From the NCBI GenBank assembly GCA_030529545.1, contig JAUMWR010000002.1, positions 113 to 64,112 of the forward strand: a stretch of 64,000 nt of DNA, in the 5' to 3' direction. Made by a program: the position numbers and the translations under genes. The stretch is from Buchananella hordeovulneris. GTDB taxonomy: Bacteria > Actinomycetota > Actinomycetes > Actinomycetales > Actinomycetaceae. Positions 60,304 to 64,000 of this stretch are shown here, piece by piece (position 1 is the first letter of the stretch; every line of letters begins with the position of its first letter). A model generated the notes under the pieces. The model did no database searches. It had not been told where the DNA came from and saw only the letters and a program-made list of their open reading frames with translations.

Positions 60304-62304
60304 CTAAACCCCGCGCGCGGCCGCCAACGCCGCCTGCGCTGCCTGCGCCGCCACGCGGCTGAGCTCCTGCCCGGCACGGCGGGCGTCGCGCCCGGCGCAC
60401 GCGACCTCGACCACGCGCCGCCCCCGTGGGGAGGCCGCCAGGGCCGCGTCCAGCTCCGCCAGCGTTTCCACCCGCACGTAACCGCACTTGTAGGCGGTCG
60501 CGAGCGCCTCGATGTCCACGTCCTGCGGGGTGCCCCAGAAGCGCTCGTAGTGCTCGCCCACGCGCCCGTCGCCGGCCTCGAGTCCCGCAAAGATCGCACC
60601 GCCGACGTCGTTGAGGACGATCACGTCCAGGTCCACGTCGGCCTCGTGCGCGCCGCGCAGCAGAGAGCCGGCGTCGTGCAGGAAGGTCAGGTCGCCCACG
60701 ACGCACCGCACGCCACACCCCAGCGCCGCGCCGAGGCCCGCAGCGGTGGCGATGGTGCCGTCGATGCCGGCCAGGCCGCGGTTGGCGACCACGCTGCGGG
60801 AGGCGAGCACCCGCGCCGCGAGCGAGCTACCGCCTTGCCCGGCACCGCCCACCTCGCCGCCGGCCACCTCTCCGCACTGGGCCCCGGCCAGGAGGTCGAA
60901 GTAGCGGATTCCCGCCGACGCCCCGATGACCAGGTAGCTCCCGGAGCGCGCCTCAAGCGGGCGGCCCACCTCCGGGAGATCGCTCCCTTCGCTCAGGCCG
61001 CTCCCCTCCCCGGCTCCATCGCCCTCCCCGAGCTCGTCGCCCTCACCGAGCCCGCCGGCCCAGTCGGCCAGGTGCGCCCGCCAGACGCGCTCGCACGCGC
61101 CCTCGGAGCTCATCTGCCCGGCCAGGTGCGCCAGCAGCGCGTCCTGCGCCGCCCGCCCGGCCTCCCGCCAGGCCGCGGTCCACGCCGCGACTTCCGCGCG
61201 CTCGGTCTCCTTCACCATCGCCAGGGCGGCGGGGACCACGGCGCTGGCATTGGCGGCAACGTCGGTCCACCGGGCGCTGCGGTCGACCACGATCACCTCG
61301 ACGTCCGCGCGCGCCAGCAGGTGGGAGACGGGACGCGAGAGCGTGGGGTGGCCAAAGACCACCGCCTGCTTGATCCGCTGGCCCAGTTCCCCGGCCAGCA
61401 TGGCCCGGTACGGCCCCACGGCCAGATCCTCGCAGCGCACCCCCGAGGACGGCTCGGCAAAGAGCGGCAGGTTGCCGGCCAGCGCGAACAGCGCCGCGCC
61501 CCGCCCGGCGTCGCCGGCCACGACCACGCTGCCGGCCCCCACCTCGACTGGGGTGGGGACGACGCTCCCGCGCGCCGGCACCGGCCCCGCCGGCCGCCCG
61601 GCACCCAGCCGCTCAGACCCGACCGCTTCGTCGCCCGGCCAGTGCCACTCCCCCGCCTGGGGGTCCAGCAGCGGGTCGCGCAGCGCCACGTTCAGGTGGA
61701 CCGGACCAAAGGCGGCGCGCTCCTCCCAGCCCAGGCCCGCCAGGACGGAGAGCGGGTGGCTGGCAGGCGAGAACGGCTCACGCCCGGAGTCGGCCAGCCC
61801 CACCGGCGGCAGCACCCAGTTGCCCACGGCTGCGGCGGCCGCGCGAGGGATCACGCTGCCAAGCGGGGCGTCGGCGGGAACGTCGGCGGAAAACCGCACG
61901 GCGGAGCCAAAGAGGCCCACCTGGTCGGCGGTCTGGGAGGCACCGACGCCGCGCATCTCGTGGGGGCGGTCGGCGGTGAGCAGGATCAGGGGGATGCGGC
62001 TGTGGTGGGCCTCCAGCACGGCCGGGTGCAGGTTAGCCACGGCGGTGCCGGAGGTGACGACCAGGGCCACCAGCGGGGCGCGGGTGCCGCTTGCCAGCAG
62101 GGCGGCGCGCGCCAGCCCCAGCGCGTAGAAGCCAGCGCCGCGCTCGTCCAGGCGCACGTGGGCGCGCAACTTGCCTGCGGCCTCGGCCTGCGCCACCGCG
62201 AGCGCCAGCGGCCCGGAGCGGGACCCGGGGCAGACCACGACGTGCCCCACGCCGGCCTGCACCAGCCCAGCGATGATCCCGCGCGCCGTTTCGGTTGCGT
62301 TCAC
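60304..62304 (-). CDS. menD: 2-succinyl-5-enolpyruvyl-6-hydroxy-3-cyclohexene-1-carboxylate synthase (MenD), carrying a Gly/Glu/Asp-rich insertion
   Basis: The thiamine-diphosphate enzyme N-terminus is VNATETARGIIAGLVQAGVGHVVVCPGSRSGPL…. A GTG start at 62304 has a GGAGGAA RBS and overlaps the menC stop (GTGA). Confidence 0.9.
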   Translation of the reverse strand: MNATETARGIIAGLVQAGVGHVVVCPGSRSGPLALAVAQAEAAGKLRAHVRLDERGAGFYALGLARAALLASGTRAPLVALVVTSGTAVANLHPAVLEAHHSRIPLILLTADRPHEMRGVGASQTADQVGLFGSAVRFSADVPADAPLGSVIPRAAAAAVGNWVLPPVGLADSGREPFSPASHPLSVLAGLGWEERAAFGPVHLNVALRDPLLDPQAGEWHWPGDEAVGSERLGAGRPAGPVPARGSVVPTPVEVGAGSVVVAGDAGRGAALFALAGNLPLFAEPSSGVRCEDLAVGPYRAMLAGELGQRIKQAVVFGHPTLSRPVSHLLARADVEVIVVDRSARWTDVAANASAVVPAALAMVKETERAEVAAWTAAWREAGRAAQDALLAHLAGQMSSEGACERVWRAHLADWAGGLGEGDELGEGDGAGEGSGLSEGSDLPEVGRPLEARSGSYLVIGASAGIRYFDLLAGAQCGEVAGGEVGGAGQGGSSLAARVLASRSVVANRGLAGIDGTIATAAGLGAALGCGVRCVVGDLTFLHDAGSLLRGAHEADVDLDVIVLNDVGGAIFAGLEAGDGRVGEHYERFWGTPQDVDIEALATAYKCGYVRVETLAELDAALAASPRGRRVVEVACAGRDARRAGQELSRVAAQAAQAALAAARGV

Positions 62305-63446
62305 AGGTATTCCTCCATGCTCTCCAGGCGCGCTTGCCAGCGGGCGGCTAGGTCTTCGTTGGGGGTCAGGCGGGCCTGCACCCCGGAGGTGATCTCGGCG
62401 TAGCCGGGCAGGTCGGCCTCCCACAGGGCCGCGCCGCGCGGGGCAAGCGGGTTATCCACCACGTCCCCAGCTAACAGGCTGGCCGTGCCCAGGCCGGCGG
62501 GCCGCGCCACGGCCAGGCCCTCGGCAGCCGCGAGCGCGCTGGCCATGCGGTAGCCGGCGGCCAGGCCGATGCTCGTGTCGAGCGCGCTGGAGGCGATCGC
62601 GGGGATTCCCACCTGCGCCGCCACGCGCACCGCCGCCAGCGGCCCGCCCAGCGGGGCCGCCTTCAAAACCATGTAGTCGGCGGCGTCCTGGCGGGCCACC
62701 TCCAGCGGGTCGTCCGCGTGCCGGATCGACTCGTCGGCCGCGATCGGGCAGATTCTGGCCGCGCGCACCTGCGCCAGCTCGGCCACGCTGGGGCAGGGTT
62801 GCTCGCAGTACTCCAGCCCGCCGGCCGCCTCGTTGATCGCGGCCAGCGCCACCACCGCCTGGGCCGCGTCCCACGCCGCGTTCGCATCGACGCGAATGGC
62901 CGCCCCCGGCAGCGCCCGGCGCACGGCCGTCACGCGCGCCACGTCGTGCGCCAGCTCCTGCCCGGCCTGCGCCACCTTGATCTTGACGGCCCGGTACTCG
63001 CTTTGGCCGACGTTCCCGCCCGCCGCCTCGCTCCCCTGGCCTTTGTCCTCGCCAGTCTCTTGGCCGACGTTCCCTGCGCCGCCCCGATTCAGGACGCACT
63101 CTAGGTATGCCTCCAGCTCGGCCCCGTTCAGGGCCGGCACCGTCAGGTTGACCGGGACCAGCGGCGCGGCCGCAGGCAGGTCCCCCGCCACGCACGCCAG
63201 CGCGCTCTTGAGCCACTGGGCGCTGTGGGCGGGCCCGTAGTTCCAGAACGGGGCGCACTCGCCCCAGCCGGCGCCCGGCCCGGCCTCCGCCTCGCGGTCC
63301 TCCCCCGCCAGGAGCAGGCCCTCGCGCACGCTAATGCCCCTAAAGCGCACGCGCATGGGCACGGTGTAGGCGAACACCGCCCCCACTCCCCGCTCTCGCA
63401 GAAAGCTGGGCACCTGCAAGGCGGAGGTAGTGAGGGCGGTGTTCAT
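62301..63446 (-). CDS. menC: o-Succinylbenzoate synthase (MenC; enolase superfamily), with an internal duplicated GGNVGQ-containing insertion
   Basis: Belongs to the enolase-superfamily (…KIKV…, …IRVDANAAWD…, …ADES…). The start is taken at the ATG at 63446 (MNTALTT…). Confidence 0.85.
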   Translation of the reverse strand: MNTALTTSALQVPSFLRERGVGAVFAYTVPMRVRFRGISVREGLLLAGEDREAEAGPGAGWGECAPFWNYGPAHSAQWLKSALACVAGDLPAAAPLVPVNLTVPALNGAELEAYLECVLNRGGAGNVGQETGEDKGQGSEAAGGNVGQSEYRAVKIKVAQAGQELAHDVARVTAVRRALPGAAIRVDANAAWDAAQAVVALAAINEAAGGLEYCEQPCPSVAELAQVRAARICPIAADESIRHADDPLEVARQDAADYMVLKAAPLGGPLAAVRVAAQVGIPAIASSALDTSIGLAAGYRMASALAAAEGLAVARPAGLGTASLLAGDVVDNPLAPRGAALWEADLPGYAEITSGVQARLTPNEDLAARWQARLESMEEYL

Positions 63447-63480
63447 CTCAGAAAGACGCGGCGGAACGTCGGCGGCAAAT

Positions 63481-64000
63481 TCAGGCGCGCGGCTCGCGGC
63501 CCAACGTGGCCACCATGACGGCCTTGATCGTGTGCATGCGGTTCTCCGCCTGGTCAAACACGATCGAAGCCGGGGAGGTGAAGACCTCGTGGGTCACCTC
63601 CAGGCCGTCCAGACCGGTGGCCTGGAAGACCTCCTCGCCAACCGTGGTCTCGCGGTCGTGGAACGCCGGCAGGCAGTGCATGAACTTCACGTTCGGGTTC
63701 TTGGTGGCGGCCATCAGCTCGGCGTTCACCTGGTAGGGACGCAGGAGGCGAATGCGCTCGTCCCAGATCTCCTTGGGCTCGCCCATGGACAGCCAGATGT
63801 CGGTGTGAATGAAGTCCACGCCCTCCACGGCGGCCAGGTCCTCGGTGATCGTGATCTTGGCACCCGTCTCCTGCGCCACCTTGTGCGCGGCGTCGATGAC
63901 GTCCTGCGCCGGCCACAGCTCCTTAGGGGCGATCATGCGCACGTCCATGCCCAGCAGCGCGCCCGAGACCAGCATGGAATTGCCCATGTTGGAGCGGGAG
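63481..64000 (-). CDS. argF: Ornithine carbamoyltransferase, C-terminal part (gene continues beyond the window end)
   Basis: Contains …[26 protein letters not shown]…, the HCLP motif of the ornithine/aspartate transcarbamoylase family. Confidence 0.8.
   Translation of the reverse strand, partial: SRSNMGNSMLVSGALLGMDVRMIAPKELWPAQDVIDAAHKVAQETGAKITITEDLAAVEGVDFIHTDIWLSMGEPKEIWDERIRLLRPYQVNAELMAATKNPNVKFMHCLPAFHDRETTVGEEVFQATGLDGLEVTHEVFTSPASIVFDQAENRMHTIKAVMVATLGREPRA

Overview
This is a high-GC (about 70%) segment of an Actinomycetota chromosome, probably Actinomyces- or Schaalia-like. That inference rests on a class-E sortase LAXTG substrate, the Mycobacterium-like syntenies mfd-lipoprotein-eno-ftsB-DUF501-ppx and tyrT-thrT-metT-rpmG, and many low-complexity insertions in housekeeping enzymes. 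The window is mostly core genome. It runs from the distal S10 ribosomal-protein operon (rpsC' to rpsJ, minus strand) with a 787-bp repeat-containing leader, through an FKBP isomerase, a Bax-inhibitor-1/YccA membrane protein, and an ABC-2 transporter plus HisKA_3/NarL two-component module. Next come a DUF1846 protein, an odd tRNA, nhaA, the ppx to mfd block, pth, rplY, add, murB, an MFS transporter, and a fused double-hotdog (HadA/HadB-like) dehydratase. A 1965-aa LAKTG-anchored surface protein with 96-aa tandem repeats follows, then rpmG, three tRNAs, yajQ and fprA. The rest is a respiratory/menaquinone super-locus: menG, nuoA to nuoN, a polyprenyl synthase translationally coupled to nuoN, menF, htrA, menD, menC, and the 3' end of argF. 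No transposase, integrase, CRISPR or recognisable defence gene was seen. The most unusual observations are listed here. (1) A dispersed, strand-biased 13-19-nt motif (GGCGCC)GGCGGGAACGTCGGCC present at least 12 times in both coding (in-frame) and intergenic DNA. (2) A class-I tRNA carrying a UAA (leucine) anticodon on a tRNA-Lys-like body. (3) A giant repeat-rich adhesin gene inserted into an otherwise conserved tRNA-rpmG/had locus, with an inverted-repeat-flanked upstream region. (4) A G12 homopolymer beside a perfect hairpin at the 3' end of fprA. (5) Repeat families in the S10 leader and upstream of the sensor kinase.
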